Part shown: positions 19,165 to 28,929 of the stretch, piece after piece | How positions within the stretch are numbered: the stretch's first letter is position 1 | How the letters are laid out: each line of letters starts with the position of its first letter | IMG/VR virus record: IMGVR_UViG_3300046171_000231 | Location: 171,762 to 235,761 of that record | Strand: one strand, 5' to 3' | DNA: 64,000 nucleotides | Notes under the pieces: generated by a model | Database searches by the model: none | Told to the model about the DNA's origin: nothing | The model's input: the letters and a program-made list of their open reading frames with translations, nothing else | Made by a program: the position numbers and the translations under genes

Positions 19165-20963
19165 CAGCAGTTCCACCTTCTTAATGCCTTATTAATTCTT
19201 GAATCTGGATCTCTTCTTGTCTTTGCAGAAGTAAGTTTCTTCTTCATACCTTTCATTCTTCTACAGAATGATAATCTTCTCTTTGCAGATTTAGAACCTT
19301 TTTTCAATTTCTTAGGATCTTTTGTAACTGCAGTTTTTAATTTAGAACCAGGATTTTCACGACGATATGCATTAACTGCCTTTTGACTTAAACCATCAGT
19401 CTTATCTTTACGATTCACCTTCTGCCAATCTTCATCTAATTCATCTCTCCAGTTTGACATACTTTCTTTAAGTGGTTTTGCTTTGATTATATCAACAGTT
19501 TCAATTTCTGTAAACTTAATATCATCAACATTCCAATCTTGAATAGTCAATGCTTCATCTGCAATATCTTCTTTTTGCATTCCAAATTTAAAACCTTTAT
19601 TTGTCTTTGGTTTAAATTTTTGAGTTGCTAAGTTAACTTCATCTGCACCAATATCAAGTCTAAATTGTTGTGAACCTGGTATCTGTCTCTGCACATTTTT
19701 TTCTATTTGACCACTTTTTAAATAATTATCAGCAGTTTTAAAATCATTTTTCTGTGCTGATGTAAATTTTGCAGGATTGTTACTCATAGTATTTCGAGCA
19801 ATATTCATACCATACTCTGCCTTTTTTTGTACAACTGCACCAACATTTGGAACTACTCCATCAGCATCCATTTTAATACCCATACCTGATTTAGATAATG
19901 CTGATTTCAATGCGTCTTTATTTGTTCCACTACCGACCTCTAATTGATTCATTTTACCTACCACATTTGCCTGAGCTGTTTTTCTTGCATCTAAACTTTG
20001 TTGAGTCAGTGGTTCTTTTGCAAACTGCTTCTTTTTCATTTCTTCAGGTGATGGAGCAGTTTTTGCTCCTGTAGCACCTAAACCTTCATTCATTGCCTTT
20101 TCTAAATTATCTGCCTGTTTTGCGTGTGTTTTAGAACCACTTCTCAATTTCTTAACTAAGTGTTTTACAAATGGTTTATCTTTTTTATCTAATTCTTCCT
20201 TCATTGCATCTTTACGAATTTTAGCATAAAAAATTTTTTCACCTTCCTTCTCACCATATTGGTCTTTAAAACTCTTCATCATATCATCGGATTTTTCATA
20301 TTTTTTCTTCAACATTGTATCCTTTCTCTTTTGAGCAGGAGTCATAGTTTCCTCTTTAAATTCAGTACCAGGAACCACTCTAATAAGTTTTCCTGTTCCA
20401 GTAACTTTACCTTTACTATCTCTAGTTACAGTATATTGATTTGTTGGTTTGTAATTAACTTTTTTAGGACCGCCAGGTATTTTTCTATCTGCAACGTACT
20501 TATCTACTTGTTTAGTAATTGCAGCGTCTTTCATATTTTTTCTTATTTGACTAAATGTTTTACCGATTGCACGAGCACCTGCAACTGCTCCAACCAATCC
20601 AGCAGCAACTAATGCTCCTTTTGGAGTTTTAGATATTGCTTTCCCAGCTCTAGCAGCTAATTTTGCAAGACCTCTCCTTGGAGGAGTTCCTTTTACTACA
20701 TCTTTATATGCTCTAAAAGATGCTGAATTTTTTGATTTTTTTGCTTGGTTTACTATATTTTGTGATAACTTATCTTCTCTTGAAGTATCGACACCCGCAT
20801 ACATTCTGCTTAAAAATCCTTTTGCTCTTGATCCAAGTGATGCTAAAGTATCTCCAGGTTTTATAGTTACCTGATTAATTGATTTAACATTCTTGTTTAT
20901 TTTTGGAAGTTCTGGTTCCTTCTTCTCACCCATATAAGCAGTACCATCTCCACCAGTCGGCAT
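19164..20963 (-). CDS. Lys-rich modular putative head protein (C-terminal part; reading frame is open back to ~21095)
   Basis: Ends in the conserved cyanophage module DWQKVNRKDKTDGLSQKAVNAYRRENPGSKL...SFCRRMKGM...SRINKALRRWNC. Confidence 0.7.
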   Translation of the reverse strand: MPTGGDGTAYMGEKKEPELPKINKNVKSINQVTIKPGDTLASLGSRAKGFLSRMYAGVDTSREDKLSQNIVNQAKKSKNSASFRAYKDVVKGTPPRRGLAKLAARAGKAISKTPKGALVAAGLVGAVAGARAIGKTFSQIRKNMKDAAITKQVDKYVADRKIPGGPKKVNYKPTNQYTVTRDSKGKVTGTGKLIRVVPGTEFKEETMTPAQKRKDTMLKKKYEKSDDMMKSFKDQYGEKEGEKIFYAKIRKDAMKEELDKKDKPFVKHLVKKLRSGSKTHAKQADNLEKAMNEGLGATGAKTAPSPEEMKKKQFAKEPLTQQSLDARKTAQANVVGKMNQLEVGSGTNKDALKSALSKSGMGIKMDADGVVPNVGAVVQKKAEYGMNIARNTMSNNPAKFTSAQKNDFKTADNYLKSGQIEKNVQRQIPGSQQFRLDIGADEVNLATQKFKPKTNKGFKFGMQKEDIADEALTIQDWNVDDIKFTEIETVDIIKAKPLKESMSNWRDELDEDWQKVNRKDKTDGLSQKAVNAYRRENPGSKLKTAVTKDPKKLKKGSKSAKRRLSFCRRMKGMKKKLTSAKTRRDPDSRINKALRRWNC

Positions 20964-21076
20964 TTGCTGTCTTACTCTAGCAGGTACAGTCTTTTCATTA
21001 TCCTGATATACAACAGCAGGACCGTAATTAGTGTTCTTTAGTTTTGTTTTTTCTTGTATATCAGAAGAAGTGTCTT

Positions 21077-22825
21077 TTACTTCTTCTTCTTGGACTTTTT
21101 TACGCAGTTTGGATACCTCTTACCAAACATTGTTTTCATTCCTTTCTTTTCGTAACCTGCCCAACACTTCTCATCTAAAGTTGATCTCCAATCATAATGT
21201 TCTTTCTTCATTTCTTTTGTTATCAATTCCTTTTCACCAGCAACTACTGTCTTCACATTCTTTTGTCTTTTCATCTCTGCCTTTTTTTGAAAAATAGTTT
21301 GACCTTTATTTAAATCTTTACCAGATCTACCCATATTTTCATTTACTTCGTATTCAACTGACTCTGATTTATTACCCCAGTTTGCAGCACCTACCTTACG
21401 ACACTTAACTAATGCTCCTGATGCATATGCACTTGGCCAAACTGAATATCTTGACTTAACTTTGTGATAACAAGCATCTTTTGTGCCACTACCTTTACCT
21501 TTCTTGTCTTTTACCTCTGTAATTATTTCTTCTTCCTCTATATCTTCTAATAGTATATCTCCTACAACTACACCGTTCTCTGCAAACCAACCACGATTAA
21601 CTTCAATCGCATATCTTATCTCACCATCAGGATATACAGGAATTGGGTTCATTGGATCTAATTCTTTAATACTTTCAATTATACCTTCTTCGTTTATGAA
21701 CGCAATATCAAGAGGTATAAAAGTATTCTTCATATGAAATGAATATTGATCAGTATTTTCAAATACGAAGAGCATACCTCTATCTTGTTCCAAACTCTCA
21801 CGGAACATCAGACCTAATTTAAACTCTCCATCATTTTGTGGAACTTCAAGTTGAAGTGGTAGTGAAACAAATTCTTCTTTCATTTTCTTTTTAGGTTTGT
21901 CGGTTGCAACGTATGTTGGTTTTGCTGCGTTTGTTTTTGATTGTTGACCTTTATCTTTACTTTTCTTTCTTCTAGATGCAGATCTTCTCTCTGCAGGTGT
22001 CATACTCTCATATTTAGAACGAGATACACATTTAGGTACACCTTCACCTGGTTCATCACTTGCACAAGTTCCACCTGTGGTTACATTCACCCATCCACCT
22101 TTACCGTCTTTGGATTTAGAACCTTTGAACCAAGAACGTAATGAACCCTCACTCATACTCTTTGGTTTCTTACCTTTTTCCTTCATATTAATCGCAATCG
22201 CTGCTTGTTGAGCAGAACTTGATGCTTCTTTTACATCTTTACTATCAAGATAATCTGCAGCAGTATCCAAATAATCAGATGCTTTAGTTATCTTTGATTG
22301 AACCCACGCTTTGAAATTGTCTTTCTTACGAGAGTGTTTTTCAATACGTTTAGATGCTCTATCTGCAGTTTTCAACTGACTACGAATCATCTCTGGTTCG
22401 TGATCACCATGCTTCTCTTCATTCATTTTCTTAGTCTTTTTCTTCATTGAGTTAATAAACTTTCGATAAACTGCAGCTTCAGAAGTTTTACCCATCACTC
22501 TTGCTCTTTGCTCCATAGCAATTGCTGCTTGAATTTTATGAGCATGTGATCTACTAGATTTCCTAATTTTCGCCACACTTGCTTTAGCAGTAGCAACGTC
22601 CTTGAAACCCAGTCCATGAATAGTTCCTTTAGGATCTTCATCAGTATATAAATCAGAGTGTTTTTTAGATTTAGCAGGTTGTCCCTTTTTACGGGCAATA
22701 CGAGGATTCGATCCCTCTGAAACTAAAAAACCATCCTCACGAACTTTGTATCCGTCAGGAATGGGTTTACACTTTTTATCAGTGTTACAATAGTATTGTC
22801 CCTTTTTACAGGAAGTCTTTCCCAT
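21077..22825 (-). CDS. Modular putative head protein containing a DUF192-like domain
   Basis: GLMFRESL...GMLFVF...FHMKNTFIPLDIAFI...YAIEVNRGW (DUF192) among small basic modules; CTAAATA promoter at 22851. Confidence 0.72.
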   Translation of the reverse strand: MGKTSCKKGQYYCNTDKKCKPIPDGYKVREDGFLVSEGSNPRIARKKGQPAKSKKHSDLYTDEDPKGTIHGLGFKDVATAKASVAKIRKSSRSHAHKIQAAIAMEQRARVMGKTSEAAVYRKFINSMKKKTKKMNEEKHGDHEPEMIRSQLKTADRASKRIEKHSRKKDNFKAWVQSKITKASDYLDTAADYLDSKDVKEASSSAQQAAIAINMKEKGKKPKSMSEGSLRSWFKGSKSKDGKGGWVNVTTGGTCASDEPGEGVPKCVSRSKYESMTPAERRSASRRKKSKDKGQQSKTNAAKPTYVATDKPKKKMKEEFVSLPLQLEVPQNDGEFKLGLMFRESLEQDRGMLFVFENTDQYSFHMKNTFIPLDIAFINEEGIIESIKELDPMNPIPVYPDGEIRYAIEVNRGWFAENGVVVGDILLEDIEEEEIITEVKDKKGKGSGTKDACYHKVKSRYSVWPSAYASGALVKCRKVGAANWGNKSESVEYEVNENMGRSGKDLNKGQTIFQKKAEMKRQKNVKTVVAGEKELITKEMKKEHYDWRSTLDEKCWAGYEKKGMKTMFGKRYPNCVKKSKKKK

Positions 22826-22833
22826 TATACAGA

Positions 22834-23268
22834 CTATTCAGAGCTATTATTATTTAGCATTCCGTCTTTTAACATCTTCGATAGTTCAGTTGTTGAACCT
22901 ACAAACAATGCATTGTTAGTAACTGTATTTTGAGTTTTTGGATTATCTGCTTCAATATCTTTTACCTTTTTATGCAAATCTGCGAGTTTATCTGTAGTAT
23001 CTGCCACACTTTTAATTAACTGACCTGCAACTTCATATGCTCTTGGACTTGCAGTTTCTCCTGCAACTTCCATAATACCATTAATTGCTTCTTGTCCTTT
23101 TTCGATTAATGAATATAAATTTCCTCTTGTATAATCATAATCCTTTTCAACATTTTCTGCTCTAGTTTGACTCTTCTGTATTTCAGTATCTTCTGCTTTA
23201 ACAATCGCATCTACTTCAACACTATCATCAGTATTGAAAGTATCATTTAAAGAATCAAACTTACTCAT
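22834..23268 (-). CDS. gp16: Terminase small subunit gp16
   Basis: SPRAYEVAGQLIK...NNALFVGSTTEL. Confidence 0.92.
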   Translation of the reverse strand: MSKFDSLNDTFNTDDSVEVDAIVKAEDTEIQKSQTRAENVEKDYDYTRGNLYSLIEKGQEAINGIMEVAGETASPRAYEVAGQLIKSVADTTDKLADLHKKVKDIEADNPKTQNTVTNNALFVGSTTELSKMLKDGMLNNNSSE

Positions 23269-24116
23269 TAGATATCTACTCCTCGATTAGGTGCAAAGTC
23301 TTTTGCATCCCCAAAGAATGAACTTGTTTCTGTAAATCCAAAATCATCACCTGGTTCAATTAATAAGTCATCTGCACTATCTATAACTTCATCTTCGTTA
23401 TAATCCTTCTTTGCTTTTGGTACAACAGTGTATCTTTGTACACGTTTTGCTGTTCTTGTATTTGTATCTTCATAGTAATCCAACTGAACTTTTTTGATAA
23501 GTCCTTCTGGAGTATTTGCAATATGATTAAAGAAGAATGTTTTTGCAGTAAATGATAATGTGTATATTAATGCTCTTCTTGTAGAAAAATCACCCTCATA
23601 ATCGTCTTGTTGTGCAATATTTTGTAATACCATTGGTATATCTCTTTTCTCACCGATTGATTTAACTAAATCAATTGATATATTAAAACCTGGCTGAAAG
23701 AATGGTAATATCTGCTCTAATATTTGTAATCCATCATCTTGTTGCTTAACTAAAATATTTAAGTCAAATCCAAGATTGTATGGCACTGGCATAAAAACCC
23801 TTTTTATTTGATCATTATTTTTATCTTGTGCTTTGAATGTTTGAGTTATACCTGCTTTTCTTGCTGAATCATATGATATATTTGTAATCTCAAAAGACAT
23901 TCTAGGTAATGTAATTTGAGTTGCTTTATTTAATTCTGCCTGTTGTGTAATTCTTGCTAAAAACTTTTGTCTTGGTCCGTATGCAATTGGAACCTTAATA
24001 TCAGATATAACATTTCCTGCACCGTCATCGTGTTGCACATGGATATCATTAAACAATGTACCGAACGCAATAACAGTTTTTCTTACAATTTGGTGATAAA
24101 AATAATTCCCTAACAT
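23268..24116 (-). CDS. gp15: Tail sheath stabiliser/terminator gp15
   Basis: YFYHQIVRKTVIAFGTLFN...VPIAYGP.QKF...LPRMSFE...EQILPFFQP. Confidence 0.95.
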   Translation of the reverse strand: MLGNYFYHQIVRKTVIAFGTLFNDIHVQHDDGAGNVISDIKVPIAYGPRQKFLARITQQAELNKATQITLPRMSFEITNISYDSARKAGITQTFKAQDKNNDQIKRVFMPVPYNLGFDLNILVKQQDDGLQILEQILPFFQPGFNISIDLVKSIGEKRDIPMVLQNIAQQDDYEGDFSTRRALIYTLSFTAKTFFFNHIANTPEGLIKKVQLDYYEDTNTRTAKRVQRYTVVPKAKKDYNEDEVIDSADDLLIEPGDDFGFTETSSFFGDAKDFAPNRGVDI

Positions 24117-24120
24117 TTTT

Positions 24121-24330
24121 CTACGCTAATAACTCCGATCCACCTAATAATAAACCACTTTCTGTTGCTAAATCATACATTTTAGCGTGTATGGTATCAT
24201 CAACTTCAGTTGTCCATTTTGCTGTGTTTTCTGTTGCTATCCAACATTGCAAGGTATCGGTGATTGCTGTTGGAAGATTATAATCAAACCAAGGATCATA
24301 TGGTATTTTATAAGGTTTTGGATATCCCAT
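24121..24330 (-). CDS. Small hypothetical protein
   Basis: 69-aa ORF coupled to the gp14 stop. Confidence 0.55.
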   Translation of the reverse strand: MGYPKPYKIPYDPWFDYNLPTAITDTLQCWIATENTAKWTTEVDDTIHAKMYDLATESGLLLGGSELLA

Positions 24331-25730
24331 TAAAAACTCCCGAATGGATTTGATTCTGAAAAGTCGATAAGCAAGTCTGCTTCTGACTCAAATATGTCAC
24401 CTTCATTATATTTATCGGTAGTGTCATCATCAAACACAGAAACACTGAACACTGCTCCAGATTCAAGTCCCTTAACATCTTCACCTGGAAAGAATCCTGT
24501 CGTTGTCGTACCAATTCCAACATTGGAAACTTTAAGAATCATTGTATCATAATCCCAGTTTTTAACTCTTGCTTGTGTTCCTGAACGCATACCTTGAACA
24601 ACTTCATTAAAGAAGTATGTACCAACACCACTGAGTGTTTCTGGGTCAGATATTGTAACTGTTGGGTCAGTAGCATAGTTTGTACCAGGATTAATGACGA
24701 ATATACTTTTAACTTCATTAAATCCTTGTGTATCATTAATACCAATAGATGCAAGACCAACTGCTCCTGTTCCTCCACCTGCAGATACAGTAACTATTGG
24801 TGCAGTACCAAATCCGATACCACCATCAGTGATAATATATCTAACGATACCATTTGATGTTGTATTAATTGAGCAAGTTGCTGCTACTCCTGTTCCACCG
24901 CCACCTGTGAATGTAATTGTAGGTGCTTCTGTATATCCAAATCCTGCATTGGTTATTAATATCTTCTCTACAGAAGTTACATTTGCTCTAGAGGTTGTGA
25001 ATGCCACTGCTGTTGCATCAGAATTATTCAAAGTACTTGGAGACGTGCTTATTGAAACTAAAGGTGCACTTGAGAATCCTGAACCATCATTGTTTAGGAA
25101 AATTTCTTGAATAAATCCAGATTTTCTAACTGGAGATGCTTGTGCAGTTCTACCAACTCCAACTAATTGAAGGTCTGCAATATATCCAACATCATCCACT
25201 TGAGTATCAATCGCAGCTATATCAGTATCAATAACTTCATCCTCATATTCAAATAGTTCACATTTAAGTTTGTAAACATAATTACTACCCAACTGATAGA
25301 ATGGTTCTTCGTGCTCTACAAATTTTATTTCAAATAATCTTTGACCCAATGGGAAGAATACTAAATCACCTTCACGAGGACGAGAAGATAAATCTATATC
25401 ATCATCTGCTTCCATAAATGGTGAAATAAATTCTTCAAATCTTTCTTTTGAAATAGTAAGAGTTACTTCATCTCTTAAACTCATTCCAAACTTAGTTAAT
25501 ACATCTCCAGCACCTGCATATCCATCATAATTTTCTACATATGCTTCAATTAAAAAGTTATCATCAAATTTAGATGCAGTTACTTCTTCTATAATTGTTG
25601 ATTGATTTACAAATTTTCTTGGAATAAATGTAACTTCTACACCATAAATTTTTAGATGTTCATTAATTAGACTTTGTACTAATCTCTGTTCACCTCTAGA
25701 ACCTTGTAAAAAATGTGGATTTAATGCCAT
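24330..25730 (-). CDS. gp14: Neck protein gp14 (with Gly-rich inserted repeats)
   Basis: LNPHF...EQRLVQSLINE...PREGDLVFFP...FEIKFVEHEEPFYQLG...YKLKCELF. Confidence 0.95.
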   Translation of the reverse strand: MALNPHFLQGSRGEQRLVQSLINEHLKIYGVEVTFIPRKFVNQSTIIEEVTASKFDDNFLIEAYVENYDGYAGAGDVLTKFGMSLRDEVTLTISKERFEEFISPFMEADDDIDLSSRPREGDLVFFPLGQRLFEIKFVEHEEPFYQLGSNYVYKLKCELFEYEDEVIDTDIAAIDTQVDDVGYIADLQLVGVGRTAQASPVRKSGFIQEIFLNNDGSGFSSAPLVSISTSPSTLNNSDATAVAFTTSRANVTSVEKILITNAGFGYTEAPTITFTGGGGTGVAATCSINTTSNGIVRYIITDGGIGFGTAPIVTVSAGGGTGAVGLASIGINDTQGFNEVKSIFVINPGTNYATDPTVTISDPETLSGVGTYFFNEVVQGMRSGTQARVKNWDYDTMILKVSNVGIGTTTTGFFPGEDVKGLESGAVFSVSVFDDDTTDKYNEGDIFESEADLLIDFSESNPFGSF

Positions 25731-25736
25731 TATACA

Positions 25737-26576
25737 TCACCCAATGAAGTCAAGAGGAGGAGTCTCATAGTCCATCATCATTCTTGACTTGATTTCCTCT
25801 AACTCTCTAACTCCATCATCGTATATTTCTCTTCCGTTTAATTCAATACCGCCAGGTAATTTAGTTCCTCTGAACTTAATTAAATTCATACCCCATTGCT
25901 TTTTCATCAATGCAACAAAATATCTTTTTACAAAGGGGTCATTATAAACTTGTGTGTATTGTTCAGGATCAAGGGCACGGAAACAATCTATTACTATAAA
26001 AGTGTCTAATGATTGTGAATTCCAGTCAATATCTAAGTATAGTCTATCTTGTCTCTGGTTGAATCTTATCTGCTTTTCAGTTGTAAGTAAAAAATCAATA
26101 TCTTCTAGATATGTTTTTGTCATTGCAAATTGTAGTAATTCAACTGAATTAAAATAATATAAGTCATTTAAGAATAACTGATATTTAATACTAAACATTC
26201 CACCTGATATAGAACTACTATCAAATTTAAATATTTTATTTACTCCTACTACATGCTCTGGAACTGCTATAAAGTTAGAAGTCTCATAAAAATTACTTGA
26301 TACAGTTCCTGCTGTATTAGTTGATATACCAGTTGTGGTAACTATTCCAACCCCATCAGTGCCTTGTGCTCTACCTCTATCTAAATCTTCCTGAGTAATT
26401 TTGTATTTGAGATACATTCTCTCAATACCATTATAATGACGTTCTTGATATAACTGAAGAGTATCATCAAGTGCATCATGTATCTGGTCAGTATCAAGGT
26501 TTATTTCCAATACAGGATAACCCAGTTTACGCAAACCGAAATTTATTAGTTGTCCTCTACTGTTTGGTGCTGCCAT
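25737..26576 (-). CDS. gp13: Neck protein gp13
   Basis: LRKLGYPVLEINL...KKQWGMNLIKF...LPGGIELNG. Confidence 0.95.
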   Translation of the reverse strand: MAAPNSRGQLINFGLRKLGYPVLEINLDTDQIHDALDDTLQLYQERHYNGIERMYLKYKITQEDLDRGRAQGTDGVGIVTTTGISTNTAGTVSSNFYETSNFIAVPEHVVGVNKIFKFDSSSISGGMFSIKYQLFLNDLYYFNSVELLQFAMTKTYLEDIDFLLTTEKQIRFNQRQDRLYLDIDWNSQSLDTFIVIDCFRALDPEQYTQVYNDPFVKRYFVALMKKQWGMNLIKFRGTKLPGGIELNGREIYDDGVRELEEIKSRMMMDYETPPLDFIG

Positions 26577-26751
26577 TACTATCCGTTTGATTTGCGAGTT
26601 GCTCTAAAAGTTCATTTTTTTCTTTTTGAAAATCATTTTTTAGAGTTTGGAGTTTTGCCTCCAAAAGAACATTTTGATTTAATGCTGCTGCTAATTTGTT
26701 ATGATATAAATTCACTAATACATTAACATCTACTTCACTGTTTTGTTGCAT
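26557..26751 (-). CDS. Small coiled-coil protein (possible fibre assembly chaperone)
   Basis: 64-aa heptad-rich ORF immediately after a fibre gene. Confidence 0.55.
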   Translation of the reverse strand: MQQNSEVDVNVLVNLYHNKLAAALNQNVLLEAKLQTLKNDFQKEKNELLEQLANQTDSNGSTKQ

Positions 26752-26753
26752 TT

Positions 26754-28457
26754 TTAGAAAGTTCCTCCATCAAGGGTCGAAGTCCAATGTGGCTTGTTAG
26801 TATATGTATTCGTTACAGCGTCAGGTGATGTACTCAAGTTTTGAATTGCACCACTCTGACCTTCTCTTCTTAAATTGTTTGATGTATTGAATGTTCCTTC
26901 AACACCAACTAGAGGGACTGATGTACCACCACTCACTGCACTCTCAACGACACCAAATGCATTTGTGGTGTCTTGCTTTATAATGTCTCCTTGAGACAGT
27001 GTGACCGCTCCTGGCGTTGTTATAACAACCTTTGTAATTGCAGTTAATACTTGCTTTGAAGTAATAACTGGGGAAGCAGGGGCATTTGTAGACCTCTGTA
27101 AACCTTCACTATCAAACCAAACTACACCACCTGAACTAAAGTTACCTGACTGATAGTAGATACCTTTAATATCTAAGAAACCTTTTGTACCAGAAACAAC
27201 ACTTGCTGTAATAGTTGCATCAGGAACATAAGTCCATCTACGACTATTATCACCGTGTGTTCCGTGATTTCCAACTCCAGCAGTATTAGAAGCAATTGAA
27301 CTATCATCAAGTCCAAAGAAACCATCAGTTGAGTTTGCAGTACCTACACCAACGTTGTAAGTAAATCCAAGTCCTCTGTCAGTATTAGTGTCTGTTGCGT
27401 GTACAACTGTTATTTCAGTCTGTGTGCTAATTCCAGCAACTGCTGTTCCTTGGAATGTAAGAGTCTTAGTTCCAGTATTGATTGCTGTAACTGTTGTAAT
27501 ACCACTTGCTGAAAAACTTGAATGTAAAAGAGTATCATTTACTGCGATACCTGTTACTTGGTCAACTACAACTGCTGAAGCTCCATTTGCCATCGCAGTC
27601 ATTACAGTTCTTGTACTGGTAGTATCACCAACCATCATGATTGGGTCATTAACAGTTGTCTGTGTTGAGTTAACTGTAGTTGTTGTACCATCAACTTGTA
27701 AGTTACCTTTGATGATAACGTCACCTTCATTACTCAAACCATCTGGATATGGGTCAATGAATATTTTATTTTCTTGACCTGATAATGATGCAATAATATT
27801 ATTCTCAATTCTTATATTACCAAGTGTACTATTACCACCAGCAACAGTGAAGTCACCACCAACATTTAAATTCTTTTCTACACCTACACCACCTTCAACA
27901 ATTACAGCACCTACGTCTTTACTTGTTGATTGAGTTGCAATATTAAATCTTACATCTGCACCAGTAAAAGTTAATTGGTCTGTACCATTTTCATCATATT
28001 CAATTTTTGAATCAGCAGTTGCTGTTCCGTTTGCTCCACCACCAAAACCCAAGAAGGTATCGTCAGGTACCATTACCTCACCAGATCCATTTGGATTAAA
28101 GATTATGTCTCCATCAGTATCAGTCGAGGATAAGGTATTTGCATCTAAAGTTAAATTATCTACATTCCAGACATCTATTTTTCTACTATTGTCAAGTATT
28201 GCTACAATACCACCATCACTATTTCTTGAGTTTGTTACACCATTCAAAGCACCAGGTGTGTGCTCCATCATGGATGTATAGTAATGTCCTGCGACAGGAT
28301 TGACGTTTGTACCGTCATCTCCTAAAAATATTCTATCTTTGTATTGATTTGTACCACCATACTGACCCACACCAGTCACATATGCCATTTCACCCCAATT
28401 CAGACTGCTTGGTTTCGCAGTTCCAGAGGAGCGTTTGATTCTAATAATACTAGCCAC
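26754..28457 (-). CDS. Tail fibre-like virion structural protein
   Basis: N-terminal IRIKRSSGTAKPSSLNWGEMAY anchor motif, Gly/Thr-rich beta repeats, C-terminal LDGGTF. Confidence 0.75.
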   Translation of the reverse strand: MASIIRIKRSSGTAKPSSLNWGEMAYVTGVGQYGGTNQYKDRIFLGDDGTNVNPVAGHYYTSMMEHTPGALNGVTNSRNSDGGIVAILDNSRKIDVWNVDNLTLDANTLSSTDTDGDIIFNPNGSGEVMVPDDTFLGFGGGANGTATADSKIEYDENGTDQLTFTGADVRFNIATQSTSKDVGAVIVEGGVGVEKNLNVGGDFTVAGGNSTLGNIRIENNIIASLSGQENKIFIDPYPDGLSNEGDVIIKGNLQVDGTTTTVNSTQTTVNDPIMMVGDTTSTRTVMTAMANGASAVVVDQVTGIAVNDTLLHSSFSASGITTVTAINTGTKTLTFQGTAVAGISTQTEITVVHATDTNTDRGLGFTYNVGVGTANSTDGFFGLDDSSIASNTAGVGNHGTHGDNSRRWTYVPDATITASVVSGTKGFLDIKGIYYQSGNFSSGGVVWFDSEGLQRSTNAPASPVITSKQVLTAITKVVITTPGAVTLSQGDIIKQDTTNAFGVVESAVSGGTSVPLVGVEGTFNTSNNLRREGQSGAIQNLSTSPDAVTNTYTNKPHWTSTLDGGTF

Positions 28458-28685
28458 TTAAAAATTTCCTCCGTTGATGTCTAAGTTCTGTGTTGCACCT
28501 GGAGTCAGCTCCAATGTTGCGTCAAATTTTTTTGTCAAAGCATTATAAACTAGCACCATCCCATTTTGCGGATTTACTACGTTAACGTCACTTAATTCTG
28601 ATAATGATAGAGTTGCAGCACCTGCAAGTGAAGAAATCACTTTTGTCGCATTTTGTTGTCCAACTCTGACTTTGATATCTGCCAT
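28458..28685 (-). CDS. Small virion protein
   Basis: LSELSDVNV motif, C-terminal INGGNF; TATAAATA promoter at 28714. Confidence 0.65.
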   Translation of the reverse strand: MADIKVRVGQQNATKVISSLAGAATLSLSELSDVNVVNPQNGMVLVYNALTKKFDATLELTPGATQNLDINGGNF

Positions 28686-28725
28686 CTAGGTTAGCGTGTT
28701 CAGATCTAAAAAGTATTTATATTTA

Positions 28726-28929
28726 CTATGATGTTATCTTTGAAGCAAGGTCATGTAACATAGATTTCAGAGTCTCTATCTCTGATTTCATAGCATCTAA
28801 TTCGGACTGTTTATCGGAATTAATTCTACGAGTGTTCATATAGTCTTGATATCCTGCTTCATCTTTACTAATTATAGCATTAGTATCTTCATCACGAAAT
28901 AAATTTTTGTGTCCTTCTACTTGTATCAT
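28726..28929 (-). CDS. Small conserved hypothetical protein
   Basis: VEGHKNLFRD..TNAII followed by a coiled coil. Confidence 0.65.
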   Translation of the reverse strand: MIQVEGHKNLFRDEDTNAIISKDEAGYQDYMNTRRINSDKQSELDAMKSEIETLKSMLHDLASKITS

